NCBI GenBank assembly: GCA_049852185.1
Contig: CP187540.1
DNA from: Methanocaldococcus sp. 28A
GTDB taxonomy: Archaea; AGJL01; Methanococci; Methanococcales; Methanocaldococcaceae
DNA length: 64,000 bases
Strand: one strand, 5' to 3'
A program made the position numbers and the translations under genes. The notes under the pieces are model-generated. The model made no database searches and was not told where the DNA came from. It saw only the letters and a list, made by a program, of their open reading frames with translations. This document shows positions 21,337-31,936 of this stretch, one piece after another; positions within the stretch are counted from its first letter, which is position 1; the number at the start of each line of letters is the position of its first letter.

Positions 21337-22448
21337 ATGGAGATTATGAGAATGTCAAGATAAGGATTAAATAGATATGTACGAATAAAGAAAAATATGG
21401 AGCTTACGATAGGAATGTTAAAGGAAAGGATTAAGAAGGTAGTTAAAAGGAATAAAAAGTCGATAGAGATTAAAATTTTGGCAGAATTTTGTATTATTTA
21501 GGATTATCGTTAAGAAAGGTAAGTTTGTTTCTTTCTCAATTCGAGAGTATAAGCCACGAATCGGTTAGACAATATTACCACAAGATTATGCTATCTCGAT
21601 ACTATCTTATTCGTAAAAAATATATTAAAATTTTGCTCGAATAAACCAAAAATTTTGGTTGATGGTGGTAAATGGTATCCGTGGACACTACAGAGATTAG
21701 GACTAAAATTCGAAAGAGTTCGATTCGGTTTAAGAAATTGTGTCGAAAATTTCTTCTCCCTACTCAAACGTAGAACTAAATCTTTCTATAACTGATTCCC
21801 TAATAATTCTAAATTCTCAACCGCCATTAGCTGGCTCAAATCTTTCTCCTCTCTATATAACTTATTCCTTATCTTATCTTGACAACCTCGGCATTATTGA
21901 ATAAAGATGTAAAATTAGATGACTGCCCATTTTTGCTTAGAGAGAAATATAAGGAAAATTATGAAAAATTAAAAGAGATTTTAAAGATTAAAGGAGAAAT
22001 TAAAAAAGAAGAAAAATATGTTGGAGTTATTGATGGATATGAGGCAGATTTTTTACTAAAACCATTACCAAATGAAAGTTCTTGTAGAGAGACATTATTA
22101 ATTATGGATAAGAAGGAGCTTAAAGTTGGAGATTATATAAGATACAGACCTTTGGGCTGTCCAATTCCACACTTTGCTAAAATTATAGATGAATATCATG
22201 GGTTATATACAATCCACGTAGTAGGACCGTGCCATAGAATAAATGAGAAAAAGATAGAGTATAAAGATGTTGGTATAGCCATAGTTGTTGCATTTGAGGG
22301 AATTGTAGAGGGTAAAGTTCCAGAGGTTGGAAAGGCAGTTAAATTCATCCCAAAACATTGCATGATGCAGAAGGTTCATTTTAGAGTAGTAGTTCAAGTT
22401 GAAGGAAAAAGAGTTTATATTGAAGGAATTGATTTAAAGGTATTCTAA
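21337..22448 (+). pseudogene. Fe-S-cluster-domain protein gene interrupted by IS6
   Basis: An ATG at 21337 lies just before the IS; the coding body resumes at about 21891 (ALLNKDVKLDDCPFL...RPLGCPIPH...HCMMQKVH). Confidence 0.65.
21348..21889 (+). mobile_element. Degenerate IS6 copy (frameshifted, internally deleted, premature stop)
   Basis: Closely similar to 18774-19470; ends GAGAATGTCAAGATAAG and CTTATCTTGACAACCTC. Confidence 0.88.
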
Positions 22449-22456
22449 GTTTTTAT

Positions 22457-22939
22457 TTATTTTATCATCTTCACAGAATCTTTTAATCTTGCTGATGCAT
22501 CTACCATACCAATTAATCTTGGGTCTATACCGCTAACATCCCCATACTTTATATAATCAGTTACAGTTGGTTTTATTTTGGTGAATGCTCCTACATAAAT
22601 ATCATATCCAAATGGAAAGTTTTTCTTACAGATTTCTTCTATTCCATCCATTATTTTTTCGAGTTTTTCTCCTTCAACTGTTACAATTATTTCCCCAACT
22701 TTGACTCTCAATTCCATTTCTTCGCCTTTAACCTTAATAACTTTTCTATCTTGATGATTTACTGGCAGTCCTCTTGCAGGACCAAATGGAACCGTCTTAG
22801 GTAAATGTTGTCCATGAACTATTACCCTAACAATCCCATCCAAATCGTAAATCTCATTTAACACTTTTTCTGTAGTCTCTGCTTTCAAATACCTGTGTGG
22901 AAATATTTTTATATCAACAACCTTTATTTCTTCACTCAT
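22457..22939 (-). CDS. mrtD: Methyl-coenzyme M reductase operon protein D (stand-alone McrD/MrtD-like)
   Basis: IFPHRYLKAETTEK, GPARGLPVNH and PTVTDY motifs; GAGGTGA SD. Confidence 0.85.
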   Translation of the reverse strand: MSEEIKVVDIKIFPHRYLKAETTEKVLNEIYDLDGIVRVIVHGQHLPKTVPFGPARGLPVNHQDRKVIKVKGEEMELRVKVGEIIVTVEGEKLEKIMDGIEEICKKNFPFGYDIYVGAFTKIKPTVTDYIKYGDVSGIDPRLIGMVDASARLKDSVKMIK

Positions 22940-23191
22940 AAACTTCACCTCGTTTTTCATAATTCTACTATTTCTCTTAACCTTTATAATACTTTCGATA
23001 AATTTAATATTACTCTAAGAAAATTAAAATTTTAAATTTTATTATCTAAATTAATAAATATATAACTATGTAGATAAGAAAAGCTTGGGAATAAACCTAA
23101 GTAATATATATCTCTTTCAATCTTTTTATATTACTACATTATAATTAATTTTAAAAAATAAAGCAAAAATTTATTTTATGAGGTGTCTATT

Positions 23192-23983
23192 ATGAGAAGA
23201 GAATTTCCTGAAGAGGGAGATATAGTTATAGGAACAGTAAAGGATGTTAAGCCTTATGGAGCATTTGTAGAGCTTTTAGAATATCCTGGAAAGGAAGGGA
23301 TGATTCATATCTCTGAGGTTACATCAGGATGGGTTAAAAATATTAGAGACCACGTTAAAGTTGGGCAGAGAGTTGTTGCAAAAGTTTTAAGAGTAGATGA
23401 AAAGAAGGGGCATATAGATTTGTCCTTAAAGAGAGTTACTGAGCAACAGAAAAGAGCAAAAGTTCAAGAATGGAAGAGATTCCAAAGAGCTTCAAAGATG
23501 CTCGAAAGAGCTGCTGAAAAATTAGGTAAAAGTTTGGAAGAAGCTTGGGAAGAAGTTGGATATTTATTAGAGGATGAGTTTGGAGCGTTATATAATGCCT
23601 TTGAAACCTTAGTTATAGAAGGAAAAGAAGTTTTAGATGATTTAGAGATTAGCGAAGAATGGAAAGATGTTTTATATGAAGTAGCTAAAGAAAGTATAGA
23701 ATTAACAAATGTTGAAGTTGAGGGAATAATTGAGATGAAATCCTATGCACCAGATGGAATTAAACAAATAAAGAAAGCATTAACTACTGCTTTAAAAGCA
23801 AACCCTTATGATGATGTTGAAGTTAAAATAACTTATATTGGTGCTCCAAAGTATAGAGTGGAAGTTATAGCACCTGATTATAAGAGTGGAGAAGAAGTAT
23901 TTAAAAAGGTATGTGAAAAAGCTGTACAGACAATTAAAAAACTTGGTGGAGAAGGAACTTACTATAGAGAGAGTAAGAAATAA
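23192..23983 (+). CDS. eif2a: Translation initiation factor 2 alpha subunit
   Basis: S1 domain, KGHIDLSLKRV and YIGAPKYR. Confidence 0.96.
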   Translation: MRREFPEEGDIVIGTVKDVKPYGAFVELLEYPGKEGMIHISEVTSGWVKNIRDHVKVGQRVVAKVLRVDEKKGHIDLSLKRVTEQQKRAKVQEWKRFQRASKMLERAAEKLGKSLEEAWEEVGYLLEDEFGALYNAFETLVIEGKEVLDDLEISEEWKDVLYEVAKESIELTNVEVEGIIEMKSYAPDGIKQIKKALTTALKANPYDDVEVKITYIGAPKYRVEVIAPDYKSGEEVFKKVCEKAVQTIKKLGGEGTYYRESKK

Positions 23984-23999
23984 AAAATAAGTGGTAAAG

Positions 24000-24170
24000 A
24001 TGAAAATGAAAAAATGTCCAAATTGTGGAACATATACTTTAAAAGAAATCTGTCCAAAATGTGGAGAAAAAACAGTAATTCCAAAACCACCAAAGTTTTC
24101 CATAGAAGATAGATGGGGAAAATATAGGAGAATGTTAAAGAGAGCTTTAAAGAATAAAAATAAAATGTAA
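24000..24170 (+). CDS. nop10: H/ACA RNP protein Nop10 (missing from ORF track)
   Basis: MKMKKCPNCGTYTLKEICPKCG..PKPPKFSIEDRWGKYRR; conserved position after aIF2-alpha. Confidence 0.93.
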   Translation: MKMKKCPNCGTYTLKEICPKCGEKTVIPKPPKFSIEDRWGKYRRMLKRALKNKNKM

Positions 24171-24233
24171 TATATTTTTATTTCTTTTTTATTTTTGTAT
24201 TGTTTTACTGAATAATTAGTTCTGGTGATTTTT

Positions 24234-25211
24234 ATGTTCTGTTATTATTTAATAGCTGTTTCAAATAGGGAAAATCTGGAAATATGCAAAAAAGAGTTAA
24301 TAGCTGGATTTCCAAGTAGTAAAAATGGTTTTTGGACATATTTGGAAATAAAAGAGGGGGATTATATTTCTTTTTTATATGGTGCAAAAATATATAACCT
24401 TTATAGAGTTTCTAAGAAGATTGTTAATGGAAATATAGAAGATTCAAAAGAGCCATGGGGAACGATAGTTTTTCAATCTGGAAAAGAATATACTTTTCCA
24501 TTTAGGTTGCTATTGGAACAAATTAGAGAATTTGAAGAATCATTAGTAAAACCAGAGTTCGTTTATATTGCCGAAAACCTATTACTTAGAGGTGGTTATA
24601 GAAAAACTCATTTTCAAGCAGATGAAACTACATTAAATGTTGTTTCCAAACTTGGAAAAATGGTTAATAATAAAAGATTTAATCATAAGTGGCTTAAGCA
24701 AAGTATAACTCCAAAAATAACATTTAATAAAAAGAATGTTAATCCACCATTTGTATATCTATTTGAAGAATTAATATTGCATGTTTTAGTTAAACAATAT
24801 ATGGGGGGCAATTTAAATGGAATTTTTAATGAAATTTTAAACAGTTTCAATATAAACGAAAATTATCATGATTTTGAGGTTTTGAGTGAAAAGGCTTTAC
24901 CTTCGGGACATGTTGATTTATTAATAAAAAAGAAACATCCAGTAGAAAGAGATTATAAGATTGTAGTCGAAGTTAAGAAAAATAAAGCTGGCAAAAAAGA
25001 AGTTGAGCAATTGATAAAATATATGGGGGAATTAGAGGATTGTGTTGGAGGTATTTTAATAGCTAAAGATTTTGCTAGGACATGTTTTAAACATGTAAAA
25101 GACAAAAAAGTTTTATTTATAAAATATCATCTTAAAAACTTAGATGATTCAAGAGACTATACTTTTTTAGATTTATTGAACATGTTAAGTTTGAATATCA
25201 TTTGTCATTAA
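24234..25211 (+). CDS. EVE/PUA-like domain fused to a NucS/Mrr-like PD-(D/E)XK nuclease
   Basis: N-terminal YYLIAVSNRENLEIC...EIKEGDYISFLY...FPFRL; C-terminal GHVDLL...VVEVKK...EQLIKYM. Confidence 0.65.
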   Translation: MFCYYLIAVSNRENLEICKKELIAGFPSSKNGFWTYLEIKEGDYISFLYGAKIYNLYRVSKKIVNGNIEDSKEPWGTIVFQSGKEYTFPFRLLLEQIREFEESLVKPEFVYIAENLLLRGGYRKTHFQADETTLNVVSKLGKMVNNKRFNHKWLKQSITPKITFNKKNVNPPFVYLFEELILHVLVKQYMGGNLNGIFNEILNSFNINENYHDFEVLSEKALPSGHVDLLIKKKHPVERDYKIVVEVKKNKAGKKEVEQLIKYMGELEDCVGGILIAKDFARTCFKHVKDKKVLFIKYHLKNLDDSRDYTFLDLLNMLSLNIICH

Positions 25212-25240
25212 AAAATAATTTAAATTAAAGATGGGATAAT

Positions 25241-25915
25241 ATGCAACTTAGAGTATCTTCAGGCAAAATATTGAATGAAAAAGTCCATAAAGTAGGGATT
25301 ATAGCATTAGGCTCTTTTTTAGAAAATCATGGGGCTGTTTTACCAATAGATACTGATATAAAGATAGCCTCATACATTGCTTTAAAAGCGTCTATTTTAA
25401 CTGGAGCTAAGTTTTTAGGAGTTGTTATTCCATCAACTGAATATGAGTATGTTAAACATGGAATACACAACAAACCTGAAGAAGTTTATAGATATTTAAG
25501 ATTTTTGATAAATGAGGGTAAAAAAATTGGTGTAGAGAAGTTTTTAATAGTTAATTGTCATGGAGGAAACATATTAGTTGAAAGTTTTTTAAAAGATTTA
25601 GAATATGAGTTTGATGTAAAAGTAGAGATGATAAATATAACATTTACACATGCTTCAACAGAGGAGGTTTCTGTTGGCTATATAATTGGCATAGCAGATA
25701 TTGATAGATTAGAAGAACACAACAATTTTAAAAAATATCCTGAGGTAGGAATGGTTGGATTAAAAGAAGCAAGAGATAAAAATAAAGCAATAGATGAAGA
25801 GGCAAAAATTGTTGAAAAATTTGGAGTTATGTTAGATAAAAAACTTGGAAAAGAAATATTAGATAATGCAATAGAAAAGGTTGTTGGTAAAGTGAAAGAA
25901 CTATTAATGGAATAG
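25241..25915 (+). CDS. arfB: Creatininase-family deformylase of riboflavin/F420 synthesis
   Basis: [18 protein letters not shown] and HASTEE motifs. Confidence 0.87.
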   Translation: MQLRVSSGKILNEKVHKVGIIALGSFLENHGAVLPIDTDIKIASYIALKASILTGAKFLGVVIPSTEYEYVKHGIHNKPEEVYRYLRFLINEGKKIGVEKFLIVNCHGGNILVESFLKDLEYEFDVKVEMINITFTHASTEEVSVGYIIGIADIDRLEEHNNFKKYPEVGMVGLKEARDKNKAIDEEAKIVEKFGVMLDKKLGKEILDNAIEKVVGKVKELLME

Positions 25916-25924
25916 GTGATATTC

Positions 25925-26452
25925 ATGGATAAAAAATCTAAATTAATAAAATTACTTAAGGACGTAGGATGTATAAAATTTGGAGAATTTATTTTAGCTT
26001 CTGGTAAAAAAAGCAACTACTATATTGATATAAAGAAAGCTACAACAAATCCGGAGATTTTAAAGTTAATTGGGGAAATTATTGCTGAGAAAATAAAAGA
26101 TGAAGATGTGAAAGTTGCTGGTGTTGAGCTTGGCTCAGTCCCTATAGCTACAGCTGTCTCAATTATTGCTCAAAAGCCATTATTAATTGTTAGAAAAAAA
26201 CCAAAAGATTATGGAACTAAAAATAAAATAGAAGGTGAATTAAAAGAAGGAGATAGAGTTATTATTGTAGAAGATGTTACAACAACTGGAGGTAGTGTGT
26301 TGAAAGCAGTTAAAGAGATTAGGGAGAATGGAGGAATTGTAGACAAAGTTTTTGTAGTTGTGGATAGGTTAGAAGGAGCTAAGGAAAACTTACAAAAAGA
26401 GAATGTTGAATTAATTCCATTAGTTACTGTAGAAGAATTACAATCCACTTAA
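25925..26452 (+). CDS. pyrE: Orotate phosphoribosyltransferase
   Basis: [22 protein letters not shown] and [10 protein letters not shown] motifs. Confidence 0.95.
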   Translation: MDKKSKLIKLLKDVGCIKFGEFILASGKKSNYYIDIKKATTNPEILKLIGEIIAEKIKDEDVKVAGVELGSVPIATAVSIIAQKPLLIVRKKPKDYGTKNKIEGELKEGDRVIIVEDVTTTGGSVLKAVKEIRENGGIVDKVFVVVDRLEGAKENLQKENVELIPLVTVEELQST

Positions 26453-27898
26453 TAAATCCAAAAACTTTTTAGTTTTTTCTTTTTTAACTTTACCAAACTT
26501 CTCTAACTTGCTGACATCTATATTTTTATCCTTCAAAATTTCTTTTATTGGCTCTATGAGAGCAATTTTTTTCAATAAATCTTCAATCTCTTTCTTTTTA
26601 AAGTTAAATTTCTTTACAGTTTCCCAATCATGAACTAAATATAAAGCAACTCCACCAATATTCTTTAAAGGAATCTGATATTTTGGAAGCTCTTCCTCTA
26701 ATTTAAATTTTAAATCTAAGACATTTATGCAATCAACTCCATCAACTTTCATCCAAGATAAAAATCCTTTTTGTGGAGTTATCATAATAGATGGAAATAA
26801 ATTGCTCCTTGCCCTCTCATCTGGTGTTTTGTAGAGATAAAATTTAAACACATCTTCAGAGAATTTTTTTATTAAAATATCCTTTGATATTTCCTTGGAT
26901 AACTCATTTTTAATTTTAATAGCTTTTTTTAATAGTTCAATTGGTTCTCCATCTTTATATAATCCTTCTTTTTCTAATATTTCTTTAAGTTCAAGTTCTT
27001 TCAATTTTTTTTCTTCCATACATCTAATATCTAAAACTCCACCACTAATATCCTCTTCTTTTCTAAATAATAAACAGAGTTCTAAATATTTATTTAAGAG
27101 TTTTTTCTCTTCTTCATTAAGCAATTTATTAATCTTTTCATTTATCTTATTTTCGATTTCATCTTTGTAAGTGTTAAGATAGCCAATAGCTAAAACTCTT
27201 CTAACATATTGGTCGTCTATAATTTTATTCTTTGAAAAATTCCTTTTTATTGAGGTTATTATAGCATTTCCAAACTTTTCTTTAATATATTTCTCATAAT
27301 TTTTATCTTCAACTCTAACCCTCTTAAATTCTCTCTTTCCTTTATCAATAACTATAAGTGATATAGTATAAGATGTTAAAATTCCCCTACCCTTTGGCTC
27401 TAAGATGTCTAAAAACTCTTTATAGGTTGTGACTAAATAAGGTGGGAATTCAAACAATATCTTTTTGTATGAACCATCTAAGGGCAGATTTGGAGGCAAG
27501 TTTATATTACCAATATCTTCAGTTAAGTGAGCTAAAGCAATTTTATGGGCAACTAAGGCATGTCTAACTCTTTCTAATATTCCTTTTTTTTCACTTGCTA
27601 TTCTCCTTAAATATGTGCTGTAGCTTGCTATCTCTTGTAATCCTTCACTATCATATCCACCTTTTAACTTTCCAACATTCTTATATGGAGAATCAAATTC
27701 TAAAAACTCCATCTTTGATTTTAAATCTTGCAAAATCTCTAAGTTTTTTTCTAAGGTTGATATAATATTGGATAATTCAGTTTTATGAATAGTTTTATTT
27801 TTTATTTTTTCAGCTACTTCTTTTAATTTAATGTTAATCCCATTTAAAGAATCCAAAAATTCATTGGCATTTTTTATTAAATTACTTGTATTTTCCAT
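26438..27898 (-). CDS. Conserved hypothetical protein (DUF530-like)
   Basis: 486-aa ORF with [18 protein letters not shown] and [10 protein letters not shown] blocks. Confidence 0.65.
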   Translation of the reverse strand: MENTSNLIKNANEFLDSLNGINIKLKEVAEKIKNKTIHKTELSNIISTLEKNLEILQDLKSKMEFLEFDSPYKNVGKLKGGYDSEGLQEIASYSTYLRRIASEKKGILERVRHALVAHKIALAHLTEDIGNINLPPNLPLDGSYKKILFEFPPYLVTTYKEFLDILEPKGRGILTSYTISLIVIDKGKREFKRVRVEDKNYEKYIKEKFGNAIITSIKRNFSKNKIIDDQYVRRVLAIGYLNTYKDEIENKINEKINKLLNEEEKKLLNKYLELCLLFRKEEDISGGVLDIRCMEEKKLKELELKEILEKEGLYKDGEPIELLKKAIKIKNELSKEISKDILIKKFSEDVFKFYLYKTPDERARSNLFPSIMITPQKGFLSWMKVDGVDCINVLDLKFKLEEELPKYQIPLKNIGGVALYLVHDWETVKKFNFKKKEIEDLLKKIALIEPIKEILKDKNIDVSKLEKFGKVKKEKTKKFLDLLSGL

Positions 27899-29210
27899 AA
27901 TCCCTCAACTCAATGATTTCTCCTTTTCTCGGATTAACATATTTTGGAATTGAGATATTCTGTAAATTTCCATTAACAATATCTTTAAATAAATCAATAA
28001 TATGTGGATATTTTCTCTCTGCATAAGCAAATAATTTGCAATCCTTAATAAAAACTTTATCATACTTTTTTAGAAAGCTCTCAACTCTCTCCTTCTTAAA
28101 TATTTGAGGTCCTTCTCTCAAAGTAATTTTTGGTAATTCATGCACTAAAAATTCCCAATATAGATAACAATAATTATCATCTGCAAAACACTTGCTACTT
28201 AAAATTACAAATTCATTTTTGACAATAGCTTTATTTATACTTTTTTGAAGCTTTTCCATTTGTGGGTAGAGAATGTCATCAACTACATCTTCCCTTGGAA
28301 TTTTTAATATCAACCTATATCCATGCTCCCTATCTTCCAAAATTTTCTCCATTTTTTTAGCATAATCTCTAAAAAACTCTATAGATGGATTTTTTAAAAA
28401 TTCTCTTGAATAAAATATAAATTTGCAGAAATTATTCTTGCTTAGAGGAGAGGCAACATTTCTATTTAAATCTACAGGGTCATAAACAATAAATGGCTCA
28501 TCAAATTCCTTAAGGTTTTTAATATCAACATCTTTATAAATTTCAAAGATATCCTTTAAAATTATTTTCTTCCCAATCTTCCAATTCTGAGCATCTTCTA
28601 TAAGGTTTATAAATGAGCCATAGTGTAAAATCAACAACTCACACAAATAACCAGAAAATCCTTTAGTTTTAACATCTGAGCCATATAAATTTAAACTTTT
28701 TAAAAATGCCTTTAGCAACCTAACTTCATCACATAATTTTTCATTTAATCTATCTTTTAAAAATTTGTGATGCAAAGGAGTTCTATCAACGGCAGAGATT
28801 ATTTTTTCTCCAAAATCTATCTTATAGCATGGAACTATATCAACCTCATAATCACCTACTTTACCATTAACATAGGGATGAGATGCATAATTTATATTGT
28901 AAATTCCATTTAGTCTCTTTATAGCCTCAATCCCTATCTTTAATCCAATCTCTTCCAATTCATCTTCAGAAGTTGATTTATCAAACAATACAAAAATATC
29001 TATATCGTAATCATCCTTTAAATTAGTATTTCTTGCTGAAGAACCTACCAACAAGACCTCTAAAACTGGATAATTGTTTTCTTTAACTATTTCCCATATT
29101 TTATTAATTATCTCATTTGCTTTATTTTGTAATTTTTTCATATCTTCATTTGATGGTTTTATTTCTTTTAAAATCTCTTTTAATATATTTTCTATCAAAA
29201 TAATCACCAA
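27882..29210 (-). CDS. cca: Archaeal CCA-adding enzyme
   Basis: GSSARNTNL..DIDIF, YASHPYV, SAVDRTPLH and GFSGYLCELL motifs. Confidence 0.95.
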   Translation of the reverse strand: MVIILIENILKEILKEIKPSNEDMKKLQNKANEIINKIWEIVKENNYPVLEVLLVGSSARNTNLKDDYDIDIFVLFDKSTSEDELEEIGLKIGIEAIKRLNGIYNINYASHPYVNGKVGDYEVDIVPCYKIDFGEKIISAVDRTPLHHKFLKDRLNEKLCDEVRLLKAFLKSLNLYGSDVKTKGFSGYLCELLILHYGSFINLIEDAQNWKIGKKIILKDIFEIYKDVDIKNLKEFDEPFIVYDPVDLNRNVASPLSKNNFCKFIFYSREFLKNPSIEFFRDYAKKMEKILEDREHGYRLILKIPREDVVDDILYPQMEKLQKSINKAIVKNEFVILSSKCFADDNYCYLYWEFLVHELPKITLREGPQIFKKERVESFLKKYDKVFIKDCKLFAYAERKYPHIIDLFKDIVNGNLQNISIPKYVNPRKGEIIELRDYGKYK

Positions 29211-29226
29211 TTAAACTTTTAATGAT

Positions 29227-29317
29227 TAGGACTTTCGCAGGAATAAAATTTCTATTGAATATAGACACCTAAAGGTGTCAAAGTTCCAAATTTAATATAT
29301 AAACTGCGAAAGTCCTA
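29227..29317. repeat. MITE-like element, family B, overlapping the 3' end of the glycosyltransferase gene
   Basis: TAGGACTTTCGCAG ... CTGCGAAAGTCCTA. Confidence 0.88.
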
Positions 29318-30188
29318 ATGATATTAAAATCCCAATAATTCCAAAAAATATTCCAATAATCCACAAAACTGCAACTAATTGATACTCTTTCATTGGTTTG
29401 TATTTCAATATCAACCTTGGTAGAGAGAGATAGCCTCCAATGTAATATAGCTTTCCATCCTCTCCAAGAGTTGTTGGCTTATGCTCATCTCTACTCATAA
29501 CTCCAGCACTTAAATATTTTAGAGTAGCATCTATTAGATAAGGTAACATTATAATCAAAAATGGAATATACTCTTTATATATAACTGCTAAAACTGCTAA
29601 GAAAGCTCCTATAGGTAGAGTTCCTACATCTCCAGGAAATAATTTCGCTGGATATTTATTAAAGATTAATAAACCAAAATATGAAGCAGAAAATATCAAC
29701 GCTGATAAAAATCCAACTGTGTAATTATCTAAAAACAAAACAACAGCCAATGATATAGAGGCAATAATTCCCATTCCTATTTCTAATCCATTAAATCCAG
29801 CCAACATATTTGTTAAATTTGAGAAAATCATTATTCCCAATGCGATAAATAAAATTTCTATTAAATTAATATTAAAATTATTATAAAAAATAAATCCTAT
29901 AATTAATCCAGAAATAAACAATAAAGCTAACTTCTCTTTTGGTGAAAGCTTGACTATATCATCTATAACTCCAATAAGTCCAGCAACAATTATTGGCAGA
30001 ACAAAAATTGGATTTATAAATGGAATAAATAAAACATTAGAAAACAATACTGCTAAACCCCCCATCTCTGGAACTTTAACTTTTTCTTTTTTATGCAAAT
30101 CGTAGCCAAATTTATAATTAACCATCTTTTTCATTAAAAAATAACATAGTACTGCAGAAAAAATAAAAGAACATACTGGCAAAATCAT
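29292..30188 (-). CDS. MraY/GPT-family polyprenyl-phosphate GlcNAc-1-P transferase (AglH-like)
   Basis: VPEMGG, GVIDD, NMLAGFNGL and PAKLFPGDVG motifs. Confidence 0.88.
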   Translation of the reverse strand: MILPVCSFIFSAVLCYFLMKKMVNYKFGYDLHKKEKVKVPEMGGLAVLFSNVLFIPFINPIFVLPIIVAGLIGVIDDIVKLSPKEKLALLFISGLIIGFIFYNNFNINLIEILFIALGIMIFSNLTNMLAGFNGLEIGMGIIASISLAVVLFLDNYTVGFLSALIFSASYFGLLIFNKYPAKLFPGDVGTLPIGAFLAVLAVIYKEYIPFLIIMLPYLIDATLKYLSAGVMSRDEHKPTTLGEDGKLYYIGGYLSLPRLILKYKPMKEYQLVAVLWIIGIFFGIIGILISLGLSQFIY

Positions 30189-30243
30189 ATTATCCCCTCA
30201 ATTATAAGTTGTGTGCAAAAATATCATTAGCCAAATTTATTTT

Positions 30244-31770
30244 TTAAAATTCACTAACAATCTTTTTCTTTAACATATCTAAAAACTCATTAATCCTCTT
30301 TTTTGAAAATCCATATTTCTTAGCAACCTTGTAAATCATCTTCTCTCCCCCACTTCCATATTGAGCGGCTTTTTTTGGTCTGAATGCAATATAATCCGGT
30401 AAATATTTTGCAGCTACATCTCTCAAAATCTTCTTTCTAAGTTCAGATATTTTGTAATCTGTAGGAATTGATAATGCTATCTCAACTACTTCCTCATCTA
30501 AGAAAGGAACTCTCAACTCTACACCATTAGCCATCGTGCAGTGGTCATCTCTCTCTAAATTCACTTTATATAAATTATTTACATCTTTTAGTAACTCTTT
30601 TTTTAACTCTTCCTCTCCTTTTTCTTTATAAATCCTTTCATGCCTTGCATAGCCACCAAATAATTCATCAGCTCCTTGTCCAGATAAAACAACCTTTAAA
30701 CCATCTTCATTAGCCATCTCAGAAGCTACATAAATTGGGATTCCGACACCTATTTTCATTAAATCAACTTCATCTATTGCTTTGGCAACTCTAAATACAT
30801 ATTTCTCATATTCTTCTTCTGAAATAATCTTCTTTCTCAGATTTAGATTTAAATCTTTAGCCAATCTTTCAGCATAAATTAAATCTTCACTATTTTCAGT
30901 TCCAACAGCATATAAAACAACTTCGCAATATTGAGAAGCTAATTTTGCAATTAATGAGCTATCAACTCCACCAGAGCATATAATTCCTACTCTATCCAAT
31001 TCCCTAACTCTTTTTAAAACAGCCTTTTTTAATGCTTTATCTAAATATTCTTTAGCTTTTTCATAATTTCTCTCTTTTATATAATTTAACTCTATCTTTT
31101 TAAAGTTCTCAATAATGTCAAACTTATTATCATCCAAATAATAAATTAGCTGTGAATTTGGTTTTAATGTTTTAATTTTACTATTTAATTTATTTAAATC
31201 TTTTTCACAGCCATCAATATTTATTAATAAATGCCACAATGCCTTTCTCTCTGAAGCAAATGCAAAATAATTTGGCGTATCTAAATAAAATAATGGCTTA
31301 ACTCCAAATATATCCCTTGCTAATAAAACTATATTATTTGATTTGTCATATATGGCATAGGCATAATCACCATCTAACTCTTCCAACATTCCTTCTTCAT
31401 ATAAGTGAATTATGACTTCATTATCGCTATCTGTCCTAAATTCATGATATTTTTTTAAATATTCAGTTAATTCAACGTAGTTGTAAATTTCTCCATTACA
31501 AACTAACCAAATAGTTTCATCTTCGTTGGGTATAGGTTGAACTCCATACCTTCCAACAATTGCCAATCTGTTGTGTGCTAAGTTTAAATTTCCAATCATC
31601 TCATCTTTTAAATCCTCAACATCTTCAAAATCTTTAAAGTAAATTACTTCATCATCTAACAACAGCCCAGAGGAATCTCTCCCCCTATGCTTTAAAATTT
31701 TCATCATATCTATTGCATATTTTGCAGAAATTTGACATTCTTTAACAATTATCCCACTTATTGAACACAT
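30244..31770 (-). CDS. asnB: Asparagine synthetase (glutamine-hydrolysing)
   Basis: Real start is MCSISG (Ntn Cys2); RLAIV, NGEIYNY, SGGVDSS, SGQGADELFGGY and ELRVPFLD motifs. Confidence 0.93.
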   Translation of the reverse strand: MCSISGIIVKECQISAKYAIDMMKILKHRGRDSSGLLLDDEVIYFKDFEDVEDLKDEMIGNLNLAHNRLAIVGRYGVQPIPNEDETIWLVCNGEIYNYVELTEYLKKYHEFRTDSDNEVIIHLYEEGMLEELDGDYAYAIYDKSNNIVLLARDIFGVKPLFYLDTPNYFAFASERKALWHLLINIDGCEKDLNKLNSKIKTLKPNSQLIYYLDDNKFDIIENFKKIELNYIKERNYEKAKEYLDKALKKAVLKRVRELDRVGIICSGGVDSSLIAKLASQYCEVVLYAVGTENSEDLIYAERLAKDLNLNLRKKIISEEEYEKYVFRVAKAIDEVDLMKIGVGIPIYVASEMANEDGLKVVLSGQGADELFGGYARHERIYKEKGEEELKKELLKDVNNLYKVNLERDDHCTMANGVELRVPFLDEEVVEIALSIPTDYKISELRKKILRDVAAKYLPDYIAFRPKKAAQYGSGGEKMIYKVAKKYGFSKKRINEFLDMLKKKIVSEF

Positions 31771-31796
31771 ATCTCTCACATTTTTGAATATACTAT

Positions 31797-31884
31797 TTAT
31801 AGTTGTGTGCAAATAAAATAAACTTTTATAATGACAATTACTAATTCCTTAATTTTAATTAAGATAGTTTTGCACACAACTATA
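31797..31884. repeat. MITE-like element, family A
   Basis: TTATAGTTGTGTGCAAA ... TTTTGCACACAACTATA; a lone half-site also occurs at about 30202-30221. Confidence 0.82.
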
Positions 31885-31936
31885 TTTATAACCTCTAAAA
31901 AATATTTATGGATAATTAATTTTGAGAGGTTTTAAG

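Noticed and set aside
31771-31812. N-terminal extension of asnB (MHTTINSIFKNVRD)
   Set aside because: It starts inside a MITE, and the Ntn amidotransferase needs Cys2, so the start is 31770.
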